63,686 nt of DNA from a virus (IMGVR_UViG_3300020045_000643:1-63686), one strand, 5' to 3'. Counted from the first letter of the stretch, positions 1-8,644 are shown. Numbers and translations are program-made. Notes: generated from the letters alone by a model not told the origin.

Positions 1-121
1 CACAAGTGTTTAAATGCTTGTTGGTCATAGAAGTCAGTCATCAGTATACATCCCCGTTTTGAATGATTTTAGAATCTTCATACGGTGCAGCTACACGGCG
101 GTAGAACTCTATCTTAGCACC
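1..121. repeat. Direct repeat identical to 63566-63686 (circular assembly overlap)
   Basis: The first 121 nt (cacaagtgtt...cttagcacc) match the last 121 nt, and ORFs run continuously across the join. Confidence 0.95.
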
Positions 122-310
122 TTCAAGGGCACCTACGATATCATTGATACTTTGGTAACATGGTTTGTTAGCGAAGTAGTTTTTGATAATCATAGTGATT
201 ACGTAGTTTAATTCACCTGCTTGATCAGGGAACTCGGTGTTGAGGTCAACTAGATTACCACGGTGTTGTGTGATTAGCTTACGTTTTGTTTCAGGGTCTA
301 AGTATGGCAT
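41..310 (-). CDS. Conserved phage hypothetical protein (DUF6899-like)
   Basis: GELNY...GALEGAKIEFYRRVAAPYED..I..NGDVY signature; its stop abuts the start of the ORF at 63606 across the join. Confidence 0.65.
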   Translation of the reverse strand: MPYLDPETKRKLITQHRGNLVDLNTEFPDQAGELNYVITMIIKNYFANKPCYQSINDIVGALEGAKIEFYRRVAAPYEDSKIIQNGDVY

Positions 311-395
311 TAGATGTTTACTTTCTTTGTTTCAAAGATTGGTTGGATAACGGCTAAGAAGCAGATTAGTACGTAGGTTACAAACAAATAGTACA

Positions 396-800
396 TTAGT
401 TTTGTTCTTTAAATGATTTTAGATATTTTATAGCATTGGCTAGGTTTTCTTCTGATTCGTAGAATTTCCCTAATCCAATATTACATGAGGAACACAAGAG
501 TTTTCTTATTTTCCCTGTGTTGTGGCTATGGTCAATTACTGCTGAGTTTTCATCTTTGTCACCTTTACTGAATCTACCAGATAATGCTATTTCTTTTTGG
601 CAAATTGCACATTTATGGTTTTGTTCGTTTAGTAATTTTAAACGATCACCGTTAGTTATACCGTATTTTGATAACAGCTTTGAGCAAGTATGGCACTGCT
701 TATGTTGTATAATCCCTTTTGGTCCTGTTCTAGATGTTGGGCATAAATTATTGCATCCTTCATGTTTACAGATTAGTCTTTCATCGTTTTCTTTGTACAT
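396..800 (-). CDS. Endonuclease VII-like (His-Me finger) endonuclease, probable free-standing homing endonuclease
   Basis: KYGIT...Q..CAIC...DHSHNTGKIRKLLCSSCNIGLG motif. Confidence 0.85.
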   Translation of the reverse strand: MYKENDERLICKHEGCNNLCPTSRTGPKGIIQHKQCHTCSKLLSKYGITNGDRLKLLNEQNHKCAICQKEIALSGRFSKGDKDENSAVIDHSHNTGKIRKLLCSSCNIGLGKFYESEENLANAIKYLKSFKEQN

Positions 801-808
801 TGGTACCT

Positions 809-825
809 CCTATTAGGCTCCGACT
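809..825 (-). promoter_or_regulatory. Putative phage RNAP promoter AGTCGGAGCCTAATAGG
   Basis: Copy of the recurring 17-mer, intergenic, just upstream of the ORF starting at 800. Confidence 0.7.
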
Positions 826-833
826 AACCAATG

Positions 834-1241
834 TCACAGATATTCGCAGATAATAGTGTCACAAGCTTTATCGACAGTTGAACGCCATTCAGTGACTAAT
901 GACTCAAAGAATGGATGGATAACAGAAGCATCAGCTTTGAACGCCACTACGGGTTTACGTAGAACATACGAAGCGTAGAATACTTCCATAGCAGTACCAT
1001 GCTTGGCTACTGTTGGGTTATCAAGGTTGACAAGGATAATGTCAGACTCTTGGATGTCACGTAGGTCTAATTCGAAGATACGTTTCATAGCACGTTGTTC
1101 GAAGTTATGGATACGGCGAGTGGGGTCGAGGGTTAATACATCATTTTGGTTTAGTTGCCATGTAGCAATGTCACGCCAACCTTTAGCGGCTTCAGCTGAT
1201 ACATGCTCCATTGGACCTGCTAGGTATACAGTACGTTTCAT
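834..1241 (-). CDS. Nucleoside 2-deoxyribosyltransferase-like protein
   Basis: VYLAGPM...DLRDIQESDIILV...GTAMEVFYA...KPVV NDT-family pattern. Confidence 0.8.
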   Translation of the reverse strand: MKRTVYLAGPMEHVSAEAAKGWRDIATWQLNQNDVLTLDPTRRIHNFEQRAMKRIFELDLRDIQESDIILVNLDNPTVAKHGTAMEVFYASYVLRKPVVAFKADASVIHPFFESLVTEWRSTVDKACDTIICEYL

Positions 1242-1402
1242 ACATTATCCCTTAACATTTCTTGGTAGATAGCTACAGCTTCATCATGGCCTTGCCAGTT
1301 ATCTACACCAGCAGCGTCTAAAGCTTCGCCCCATAAGGCTGCTTTAACTAACTGGTCATACTCAGATTTGTCAATTACTATTTCGTGTTTATCAAGCGTC
1401 AT
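1238..1402 (-). CDS. Small hypothetical protein (54 aa, ALDAAGVDNWQG motif)
   Basis: Translated by hand; fills the gap with overlapping start/stop codons. Confidence 0.65.
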   Translation of the reverse strand: MTLDKHEIVIDKSEYDQLVKAALWGEALDAAGVDNWQGHDEAVAIYQEMLRDNV

Positions 1403-1938
1403 TTAACAAACATCCATTCTTTTGTTTCAAGTGTTTTGATATGATGACCATGAGCTATTGGTTCAAGAGCCATTGAGAAGTCACGTTCAGATTTACCTTC
1501 AAAGAATAGTACTTTTGCTCCTTTACGGAATTTGATTGAATGAATTTCATTGGCAGTCATTGTGTACCAGTCGCCTTCTCTGAATGTTGTTGTGCTTTGT
1601 GTATAGCTACCTTTACGGATATACTCTAGCTTGTAAAGCCCTTGGGTGCCTTCATAGGTTTGTTTTATTAGCGCGTATTCATCACCATTCTTCTCTGCGT
1701 ATTTGTCCAAACAGGAGTATAAAGTATTTTCAACAAACCCTTCAATAACGAAACAAGAGAATCCGAATCGATGACTATGAGGTGTTATGCTCATATGTTG
1801 ATGACGATTCATTTCGAACATACGTACTTTTGATACCTCACTATCAACAATCATCCAGCTTGTTAAACCGGGAACGATATAGTTGTGTATAGGTGAGTGT
1901 CGCATAGAGACGAGCTGTGCTACTACATCTTTATTCAT
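1399..1938 (-). CDS. Hypothetical protein, possible cupin-like fold
   Basis: ITPHSHRFGF...EIHSIKF His pattern; start trimmed to MNKDVV. Confidence 0.5.
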   Translation of the reverse strand: MNKDVVAQLVSMRHSPIHNYIVPGLTSWMIVDSEVSKVRMFEMNRHQHMSITPHSHRFGFSCFVIEGFVENTLYSCLDKYAEKNGDEYALIKQTYEGTQGLYKLEYIRKGSYTQSTTTFREGDWYTMTANEIHSIKFRKGAKVLFFEGKSERDFSMALEPIAHGHHIKTLETKEWMFVK

Positions 1939-2107
1939 CAGGCTGATACTCCTTGCAGTCAATACTAAAGTCACTGATAGCGATAGGGAATTCAGGGCTA
2001 CCCCACCATTTAGTACCGCCTTCAATTACTTCATCAGTAATTTGTCGGTGGCATTCTTTGTTTTGACACTTTGCATTACAGAATGTCATATCACGATAGC
2101 ACATCAT
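1931..2107 (-). CDS. Small Cys-rich hypothetical protein (MMCYRDMTFCNAKCQNKECHR...)
   Basis: Translated by hand, 58 aa; fits the operon spacing. Confidence 0.55.
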   Translation of the reverse strand: MMCYRDMTFCNAKCQNKECHRQITDEVIEGGTKWWGSPEFPIAISDFSIDCKEYQPDE

Positions 2108-2273
2108 AGATTATTCTTTAGGTAATTTAGCAATTTGGTTGATGTATGCAATTAGTTGTTCCATAGAAGTGCATACTAGCTTATCATCTGTCCAGTCAGC
2201 TTCATTATTGCGTCCGTTGAATTGGATTTTAAAACCGTTGTCAAGGATTTCCACGTTGAACTCTGATACTTCT

Positions 2274-2456
2274 TTAGTTGCTTTGAATGTCATTTGATAC
2301 TCCGTTAAGTTTGTCTGCATAGGTGTTTGCTTCTTTTTCAGTTAAGAATAGAACAGCGTCTTTGTATGTGATTTCTTTACCAGCTACACCGTAGTACATA
2401 CGGTCAAGACCTTGGCGGCGAAACACTAGGTAATGGTTTATTTCAGATGTCTTCAT
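2274..2456 (-). CDS. Hypothetical protein
   Basis: ORF on the coding strand of a tightly packed operon. Confidence 0.5.
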   Translation of the reverse strand: MKTSEINHYLVFRRQGLDRMYYGVAGKEITYKDAVLFLTEKEANTYADKLNGVSNDIQSN

Positions 2457-2703
2457 CTTTGAATTCTTCTAAGAATTGTTGTACGATATAGTCTTTAATA
2501 CCTTCATCAATGAGTGGTTCAATGTTACGTTTTTGGATATCTAGCACAAAGTACATAGATTCGATGTAGCATTCTTCATCGATATCAGGTTCATTCTTTA
2601 AACCGTAGTTATCAAGAGAACCCTTTTCTGCTGGTTGGTAGTACATATCACAGATGAATGTGATTTGGGTTTCTTCATCGAAGTAAATAAAGTCGTGGTT
2701 CAT
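2443..2703 (-). CDS. Acidic hypothetical protein
   Basis: ORF in operon; start trimmed to MNHDF. Confidence 0.55.
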   Translation of the reverse strand: MNHDFIYFDEETQITFICDMYYQPAEKGSLDNYGLKNEPDIDEECYIESMYFVLDIQKRNIEPLIDEGIKDYIVQQFLEEFKDEDI

Positions 2704-2829
2704 GTTGACAACACTTGTAGAGTCATGTTGATAGCTTGCACAATCATCATTTGTTCTTGGGGATGCAGTTGTTCCCAAGGGCGGCTGTTAGGAAAATACT
2801 CTTGCATTTTCTTATAGTACTGTTCTACA

Positions 2830-3846
2830 TCACTCATTTTTCAGTAACCATTCATTGTTAATTGCTTTGAAAGAACTATCATTATCGAGACACTTGAATA
2901 CAACTCCTTCTGCTGGTTTGTTGATAAGGAACGAGATACCTTGACAACCTTCAAGGATAGTCTCTACGGTTTCATCTTCAAGAGTTTGTACTGTGATCAT
3001 TGGTACAGCACGAAGATTCATGTGTTTAGCCATTGAGCGAGTATACTCACAGTCAAGGTACTTTTGCTCATCGATATCCCACATATCATACACAAAGAAT
3101 GTATGCTCAGACAGCTCATAGTAGTTACCTTGGATACCTGGACCGCATAGCTCGCCTTGGATAGCCCAGTTATTACGGATGAGGGGCATAGCTTCATTGA
3201 GCTTTAGTTTAAGAGCCATAGCAACAAAGGCGTTACTAGTATCTTCAACTTTAAGGTCGATGTTACGAGAGCATACACCGAAGACACCGTCTTTGAGGTA
3301 TACAGTCATTGATGAGCCATCAAGCTTTTCAGTGATTTCCCACAATGACGGTTCTTTAGACCATGCTTCAACAGTACGGCTCAGGTTTTGAACTCGTTCT
3401 TGGTCTGTCTTACGGATGAAGTTAGGGAAATTGCCTTTCATCATACCTGCGAGTTGAGCTGGAATATCGAGTTCCCACTTGAGGATGCCTAGTAGCTCAG
3501 TGATATCTTCACCTTCAGCGATACCTACACTTAGCACAGGTACTTCAGAGAATGGTAGTAATAAACCTTGACTGATTTGCTTTTTGAGTTTAACAGTTTT
3601 GAGGCGTTCACCTTTAACACCTTTGTATTCTTTAGGTTCTTTACCTGCTTTAGTTAGGAATGGAGCTACTTCATTAGGAACCCACGAGTCAATCTCTAGG
3701 TACACACATAGGTCACCTACTTCATATAAACCTTTTTGACATACTACTTTCCAACCATCTACAGTAGCTGTTTCAATTTTGTCAGCATCAGGGATAGGTG
3801 TTAGAGCAGAGATTCGGCGAATAGTTGCTAGTTTACGGTCAGACAT
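2830..3846 (-). CDS. RNA ligase (DRB0094/Rnl5-type, ATP-dependent)
   Basis: N-terminal RKLATIRRI..L.PI..AD.IE, then KTDQER, motif I TEKLDGSS, QGELCGPGIQGN, EGVVFK and C-terminal FKAIN. Confidence 0.9.
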   Translation of the reverse strand: MSDRKLATIRRISALTPIPDADKIETATVDGWKVVCQKGLYEVGDLCVYLEIDSWVPNEVAPFLTKAGKEPKEYKGVKGERLKTVKLKKQISQGLLLPFSEVPVLSVGIAEGEDITELLGILKWELDIPAQLAGMMKGNFPNFIRKTDQERVQNLSRTVEAWSKEPSLWEITEKLDGSSMTVYLKDGVFGVCSRNIDLKVEDTSNAFVAMALKLKLNEAMPLIRNNWAIQGELCGPGIQGNYYELSEHTFFVYDMWDIDEQKYLDCEYTRSMAKHMNLRAVPMITVQTLEDETVETILEGCQGISFLINKPAEGVVFKCLDNDSSFKAINNEWLLKNE

Positions 3847-3847
3847 A

Positions 3848-4246
3848 TTAGGATCCCATCATTTCAACATAAGGTTTATACAAGGTGTTACGAGTCTCGA
3901 AGCTACCGTCATCAAACTTCTTAAGTACAGATGAGGTACGTACACGATCAGAACCCCATGCAGGGTGGTTTACAGTACGTACATGAGCTACAGTGTGACC
4001 GGGATACATTTCGGTATCAAAGATAGGTGTACCTACAAAGAATACAGTTGGCTTTTCGTAGTCAGCTGGACGTTCATCAAGGTGTTTGCTGTATGCAACG
4101 GCTGTCTCGATTGATACAATATCGTGAATCATATATTTCTTTCTGTAGTTGTCAGCAGCTTCTTGACGGTTATCATAGAAGCCGGGATGAGTGCATTTAC
4201 CTACGTCACATTCACAGTAGGGACTGCAACAAGGTTTAAGGATCAT
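3848..4246 (-). CDS. Hypothetical protein (HP.WG...VRTS.V......FETRNTLY motif)
   Basis: ORF in operon; start codon uncertain. Confidence 0.6.
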   Translation of the reverse strand: MILKPCCSPYCECDVGKCTHPGFYDNRQEAADNYRKKYMIHDIVSIETAVAYSKHLDERPADYEKPTVFFVGTPIFDTEMYPGHTVAHVRTVNHPAWGSDRVRTSSVLKKFDDGSFETRNTLYKPYVEMMGS

Positions 4247-4482
4247 TTAAGTTCTTTAAGGGCTTTACGGATTAGAGCTGCAGCTTTACGATTTTTACGT
4301 AGGTCGTTTTTCCAGATGTTTAGCTGTTTGAAGTCATGTTCAGTACCTTGTGGCCATGCATTATCAGAACGTTCCCAGTGGTAAGCTACTTTAGCTTTTG
4401 CATAGGTGATACACCATTCGATATGGCTTAGGTCGAACGCTAATGCTTTACGAGCGAGTGTTTTGGTGGATTGGCTGATCAT
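4243..4482 (-). CDS. Hypothetical protein
   Basis: ORF with upstream AAGGA RBS. Confidence 0.55.
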   Translation of the reverse strand: MISQSTKTLARKALAFDLSHIEWCITYAKAKVAYHWERSDNAWPQGTEHDFKQLNIWKNDLRKNRKAAALIRKALKELK

Positions 4483-4535
4483 AGGTGTTCCTTTTGGATA
4501 GAGTTAGCGATAGCTAAGGCTATCTCTAATGAATT

Positions 4536-4578
4536 AAAAAGCCCGTTCAACAGACTTGTGGGTCTGCCGAAGGGCTTA
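4536..4578 (-). terminator. Intrinsic terminator downstream of ssb
   Basis: Minus strand reads aagcccttcggcagac-ccacaa-gtctgttgaacgggcttttt, a bulged stem plus U-tract. Confidence 0.6.
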
Positions 4579-4600
4579 TTTAGAGTGGATAGTTATCGCT

Positions 4601-5128
4601 TCAGAAGTCAGCGTCAGCATGAGATGAAGCAGCTGGTGCATCACCGTCATCATCGAAGTCAACGAAGTTACTATTCTTTGGTTCGTATTTAACGAGGTTA
4701 GATACTTGTACTGCAGTGAGCATTACAGAGGTACCTTCTTTGGTTACAACACCTTTAGGTGTCTTGATCTGGTAGTCTTTCAAGAACACCATGACGTTGC
4801 CTACAGAGCCATTACCGATGGTCTTAGGGTCAAGTGGCTGTTTGCTCATATCAACGACACGTACCTTAGTGGCATCTGTACCGTCTTTCTTTTGAGCTTT
4901 CTTCTTGAGGTTAATAGATACTTTACCTGTATCTTTACCGTCTTTATCTTTGACAGGCTTAGTTTTACCGTAGGCTTCTAGTTCTGCAGCACGTTTAGCA
5001 GGTACTTGAATAGAGATTTCGTACTGTTCAACACCAAATGGTGCTACTGGCTTGTCGAGTTTAACCCAGTGGAGTTCAACGTTTTTGATGATTTCGTTGC
5101 GGCCTTCTTGATTGTTTGCTTGTGTCAT
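4601..5128 (-). CDS. Single-stranded DNA-binding protein (T7 gp2.5-like)
   Basis: IGNGS.GNV and L.AVQV..LV.Y motifs; acidic tail ending in Phe (DDDGD...DADF). Confidence 0.8.
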   Translation of the reverse strand: MTQANNQEGRNEIIKNVELHWVKLDKPVAPFGVEQYEISIQVPAKRAAELEAYGKTKPVKDKDGKDTGKVSINLKKKAQKKDGTDATKVRVVDMSKQPLDPKTIGNGSVGNVMVFLKDYQIKTPKGVVTKEGTSVMLTAVQVSNLVKYEPKNSNFVDFDDDGDAPAASSHADADF

Positions 5129-5174
5129 TTTGATTTCCTTTTGGAAGATAGTTTACGTTTAGATGAAATTTACT

Positions 5175-5191
5175 AGATGGTACCTAATAGG
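5175..5191 (+). promoter_or_regulatory. Putative phage RNAP promoter AGATGGTACCTAATAGG
   Basis: 17-mer variant upstream of the only plus-strand gene in this arm. Confidence 0.65.
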
Positions 5192-5252
5192 TAATGGTGT
5201 TGTTTTGGTTTGTGCCGAAGGCTCCTTACAAAGTTTTTAAAGAAAGAATTTT

Positions 5253-5678
5253 ATGACAGAATCACAATCACAAACAGGTTACCCTGAGTATGAGCGTTCA
5301 ACTAAAGGTCGCAGTGTTCACCCTAACTCACTCGCTAATCTTAAACGACTGACACCTGAGACCGCAAGGGTTAATCAGGTTAAGTCAGTAGAGGCAAAGA
5401 AAGCTAATATTGCAGCTCGTGAAGCAATGAAACTTAATGCTAAACACTTTCAAGAGGTCATGGATGAACTGCCTAAGTTATCCAGTTTAGACATTATGAG
5501 AATGGCTATTCACAAAGCTATTGCTGAGGACAACTACGAGGATGCTGCTAGGTATGCTGCTTTGTTAGCAGAGTATGAACAACCTAAGTTAGCCCGTATT
5601 GAACAGACTAACACTAATCGTACTGCAGACCTTTCAGATGAAGAGTTGCAAGAGATTATTCGTAAAGAAGGTTTATAG
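5253..5678 (+). CDS. Probable terminase small subunit
   Basis: HPNSLANLK N-terminus, LAEYEQPKLARIE and C-terminal DLSDEEL, all typical of TerS-like proteins. Confidence 0.6.
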   Translation: MTESQSQTGYPEYERSTKGRSVHPNSLANLKRLTPETARVNQVKSVEAKKANIAAREAMKLNAKHFQEVMDELPKLSSLDIMRMAIHKAIAEDNYEDAARYAALLAEYEQPKLARIEQTNTNRTADLSDEELQEIIRKEGL

Positions 5679-5702
5679 GATAACGATAGTTATACTATCA
5701 TT

Positions 5703-5742
5703 AAAAATAAAGAGAGAATCAATTAAGATTCTCTTTTTTATT
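5703..5742. terminator. Bidirectional intrinsic terminator
   Basis: aaaaataaagagagaatc-aattaa-gattctcttttttatt inverted repeat with A/T tracts on both sides. Confidence 0.7.
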
Positions 5743-5759
5743 CCTACTTAGAGGTGTTC

Positions 5760-5776
5760 CCTATTAGGTTCCGACT
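5760..5776 (-). promoter_or_regulatory. Putative phage RNAP promoter AGTCGGAACCTAATAGG
   Basis: Consensus copy of the recurring 17-mer. Confidence 0.7.
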
Positions 5777-5960
5777 AAGCAACAACCCAAGTTACGGTTG
5801 CTGTTTTCATCTTACCTAATTCGTAGAAGACCATGCTTTCAGGTTCAGCATCATCATCATGGTAGTTACGGAATTGGTTGAAGGCTGATTCAGGTGTTTC
5901 ACCGAAACCTACTTCAGCGCCTTTACAGCAGTTTTCATCTTCTTTCATACACATCCACAT
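5775..5960 (-). CDS. Hypothetical protein
   Basis: ORF in operon. Confidence 0.5.
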   Translation of the reverse strand: MWMCMKEDENCCKGAEVGFGETPESAFNQFRNYHDDDAEPESMVFYELGKMKTATVTWVVA

Positions 5961-5964
5961 ATGA

Positions 5965-6291
5965 TTAACCTTTCTTTGACAAGAACAAAGCCATACGAGT
6001 AGCTAGTGGGTAAGTTACTTCAGAGTACATACCTTCGTTTTTGTACTTCTCAGGTACTTCAAAGGCAGTAAACAAAGCATGCATACCGTTGAGTTCAGCT
6101 GTAGCTTCTGTATGGAGCTTCGAGTAGTAGTCTTTGTTGCTTTGAGCGTATGATAGCTCTTTCTTAACAGACTCTAGTTCTGTTTTGTACTTTTTGTTAT
6201 CTTCATAGATATTTTTAACTTCAGCATCAGTTAGAGTGATGTTGATTGTTTCGAGGTCAGTGCCAGATACAGAGATAGAGATTGTGTTCAT
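5965..6291 (-). CDS. Hypothetical coiled-coil protein
   Basis: ORF with AGGA RBS. Confidence 0.6.
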   Translation of the reverse strand: MNTISISVSGTDLETINITLTDAEVKNIYEDNKKYKTELESVKKELSYAQSNKDYYSKLHTEATAELNGMHALFTAFEVPEKYKNEGMYSEVTYPLATRMALFLSKKG

Positions 6292-6316
6292 GATGTGTCC
6301 TATTTAGTTGAGAAGA

Positions 6317-6850
6317 TTAAGCGCGTTTTTCGAGTTCAGCTAATACAGCTGCTTTAGCTAGGGCAAGTTCTTGAAGTTGTTTAACTACATAGGCATTTAA
6401 TCCTGCATCAAGGTTGGTTAGTTCGGTTTGTTTGTTCTTGATTCGTACAAGAAGTTCCATGAGGCTGTCAGGACAAGTCTTTTCAATTACTGCGCCAAAT
6501 ACGATTGTTTGAGTGGTGATGATAGGTGTTGACATATTGTTTTCCAAGGTACAGAGTTGAGTATCGCCGATTTTGATTTCAGCACAAGGGTTGGTTATTT
6601 CCCTAGCTACATAGTAACAGCAGCTAACGGGGTCAAAAGTCAGAAGGTTTAGAGCTTTAGCTTTTAAGCAGATAGAGTTAACAGAGCGCTTTAGTTCTTT
6701 CGCTATTTGTAGAGATGACAGATTACCTGCATTGATTTCTACGCGTAGTAGTTGTAGGTCATAGTTTGACCATATTTTACCATGGTTTTCTCTATGATTT
6801 GTTTCATCCTGTTGGATGTTTAGGTATGTTGCGAATATGACTCGGTTCAT
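6317..6850 (-). CDS. Hypothetical protein with possible N-terminal HTH (HGKIWS..D...L....IAKELKRS)
   Basis: ORF; HTH/Myb-like spacing seen by eye. Confidence 0.5.
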   Translation of the reverse strand: MNRVIFATYLNIQQDETNHRENHGKIWSNYDLQLLRVEINAGNLSSLQIAKELKRSVNSICLKAKALNLLTFDPVSCCYYVAREITNPCAEIKIGDTQLCTLENNMSTPIITTQTIVFGAVIEKTCPDSLMELLVRIKNKQTELTNLDAGLNAYVVKQLQELALAKAAVLAELEKRA

Positions 6851-7116
6851 ACGAGTTCGAGAGTTTGTTTAATGCTTTTAATATCACTATTTTTAACTTT
6901 AATGATACGAATACGAGTCAAATCCATTGTATCCCACTGGTCGTTGATTTGTCTTACAATTTCTTGTAATGATGTATTACCGGGGAAGTCAAATAAGCTA
7001 TCTTCATCAATGCTACCATCATTCTTTACAACCCAACTCAGGTATGTGAAATTAGCTTGATTGGTGTTAGGTTTATTGCTCTTTGACACGCTGGACACGG
7101 TTTTGCTAGTAGCCAT
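6847..7116 (-). CDS. Hypothetical protein
   Basis: ORF overlapping neighbours; start uncertain. Confidence 0.45.
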   Translation of the reverse strand: MATSKTVSSVSKSNKPNTNQANFTYLSWVVKNDGSIDEDSLFDFPGNTSLQEIVRQINDQWDTMDLTRIRIIKVKNSDIKSIKQTLELV

Positions 7117-7355
7117 TTGTTAGACTTTCCTGTTCTGAAGATATGAATAGAATGTGCTTTGGTTAAATCTTTGCATCGGATGATAGCATCAATCTCAGCG
7201 TGTAGGAATATTTTTTCAGGTAAACCTACAGCTGCAGCACATTCAGCTTGGTACGGATGAGACTTTGTATAGTTGTTTTGACCTATACTTAGTACTTTAC
7301 CACGTTTATCATAGATGATTGCAGTTAGACTCTCCTTATTCCTGATCTTTGTCAA
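7038..7355 (-). CDS. Zinc-dependent cytidine-deaminase-fold protein
   Basis: HAE (LHAEIDA) and PCxxC (AKPCPACQ) motifs. Confidence 0.8.
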   Translation of the reverse strand: MTKIRNKESLTAIIYDKRGKVLSIGQNNYTKSHPYQAECAAAVGLPEKIFLHAEIDAIIRCKDLTKAHSIHIFRTGKSNKWLLAKPCPACQRAINLTPIKLISHT

Positions 7356-7542
7356 ATGTCACTCCTGAATTTCTTACATACTTAACCCAGATGAGTTTAC
7401 CATCTAGAAAGCATTTTTGAACCCCTGTTACGGGGTCAAATACGATACGTTCCTTATCCTTAACTGACTTACGGAGTCTAACGATAAGTTCTCGATAGAT
7501 TTCGGAAGCGTTTTCGGGATTCCTCGGTAGTAAGCTTGGCAT
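7336..7542 (-). CDS. Hypothetical protein
   Basis: ORF in operon. Confidence 0.45.
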   Translation of the reverse strand: MPSLLPRNPENASEIYRELIVRLRKSVKDKERIVFDPVTGVQKCFLDGKLIWVKYVRNSGVTFDKDQE

Positions 7543-7675
7543 TTAGGTTCTTTCCTTTGTCTATTTCTCTTGAATCAAGGATTTCTTTACGTTTCTTTTC
7601 AGAGCGTTTATCGTACCATACTCTGAACAGCATCATAATGAGAAACCATACACTGAGTATAGCTAACCAGATCAT
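7478..7675 (-). CDS. Small membrane-anchored hypothetical protein
   Basis: N-terminal hydrophobic helix followed by a basic tail. Confidence 0.5.
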   Translation of the reverse strand: MIWLAILSVWFLIMMLFRVWYDKRSEKKRKEILDSREIDKGKNLNAKLTTEESRKRFRNLSRTYR

Positions 7676-8001
7676 AGGATTTCAGCTTTGATTGGTGTAC
7701 CATTTTCATCAAATGTTACTTTGATATTGTCAGCACATGGTTGTTGATCAGCTGTAGCCCATACGGTGTTGTAACGGGTATCAACATGAACATGGATGTT
7801 AGCAGTGGTAGTTTTAGGTTTAATACGGAACTCGAAGTTTGGATTTGACACACGGTAGATGTCGAGTGGATCTTTATATTCTGAAACATTTAACCATTCG
7901 TTTATTCGACACAAGTTAGTACCACGAAACTCAATACGTTCACCTTTAAGGTAAGCATGAGCAATATCTTTATGGAAACCTTGATGGATTTGTGTAGTCA
8001 T
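7672..8001 (-). CDS. Hypothetical protein, paralog of 8002-8298
   Basis: AYLKGERIEFR...FEFRIKP...IKVTFD..G....AEIL. Confidence 0.65.
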   Translation of the reverse strand: MTTQIHQGFHKDIAHAYLKGERIEFRGTNLCRINEWLNVSEYKDPLDIYRVSNPNFEFRIKPKTTTANIHVHVDTRYNTVWATADQQPCADNIKVTFDENGTPIKAEIL

Positions 8002-8298
8002 TTAGATCACCTCTGCGTTGGTTAGTTTGTTGTCTTCGAATGTTAATTTGAGATTGTGGTACGGTTGTTTAGCATTTTCATGTACGGCGTCAGTAAACTG
8101 TGTATTGTAAGCACCATCTTTGAAGACTTTAGTGTATCGTACATGAGTTTCAGGTTTGATACGATACTCGAAGTCATTAGGGTAGAAAGAGATGTCACTA
8201 TTGTATTTGGCTTTGATACCCCATTTAGCATCTTTACGATGTTTCTCACGATACTCAATAGTTTTACCTGCGATATAGGCTTTGATGATTTCAATCAT
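8002..8298 (-). CDS. Hypothetical protein, paralog of 7672-8001
   Basis: AYIAGKTIEYR...FEYRIKP...LKLTFE.....AEVI; start trimmed to MIEIIK after AAGGAG. Confidence 0.65.
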   Translation of the reverse strand: MIEIIKAYIAGKTIEYREKHRKDAKWGIKAKYNSDISFYPNDFEYRIKPETHVRYTKVFKDGAYNTQFTDAVHENAKQPYHNLKLTFEDNKLTNAEVI

Positions 8299-8302
8299 TT
8301 CA

Positions 8303-8644
8303 TTACTCCTTAGTGACAATATAACCAGAGTCTTTGTAGGTAGACTCTTTAACCCTGAAGTAATCTTCAAAGTGATAACTCTTCTTTGATGAACTCCCTT
8401 CATTACTGGCATGTTTCTGTAATCCTACCCAGATACCATCAGTTAGACGTCTGTTTGGACCTCCACCAATAACATTACCAGTAATAGCAACAATAACATC
8501 TACTTGTTCTTGTGTTAAAGTAACTTCATATAGCTTCTGTTCTTTTTCTACAACCTTTGTTCTGGTCTCATAGGTAGTAGTAACAACTGGGATCTCTTCT
8601 GTGATAGTATCATAGGATACTTGGGTGTATGGAATAACTTTCAT
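8303..8644 (-). CDS. Hypothetical protein
   Basis: ORF with GAGG RBS. Confidence 0.6.
   Translation of the reverse strand: MKVIPYTQVSYDTITEEIPVVTTTYETRTKVVEKEQKLYEVTLTQEQVDVIVAITGNVIGGGPNRRLTDGIWVGLQKHASNEGSSSKKSYHFEDYFRVKESTYKDSGYIVTKE

Noticed and set aside
5214-5222. GCC-GAA-GGC triloop as an N4-type vRNAP hairpin promoter
   Set aside because: The stem is only 3 bp and there is no recurring copy upstream of the earliest genes
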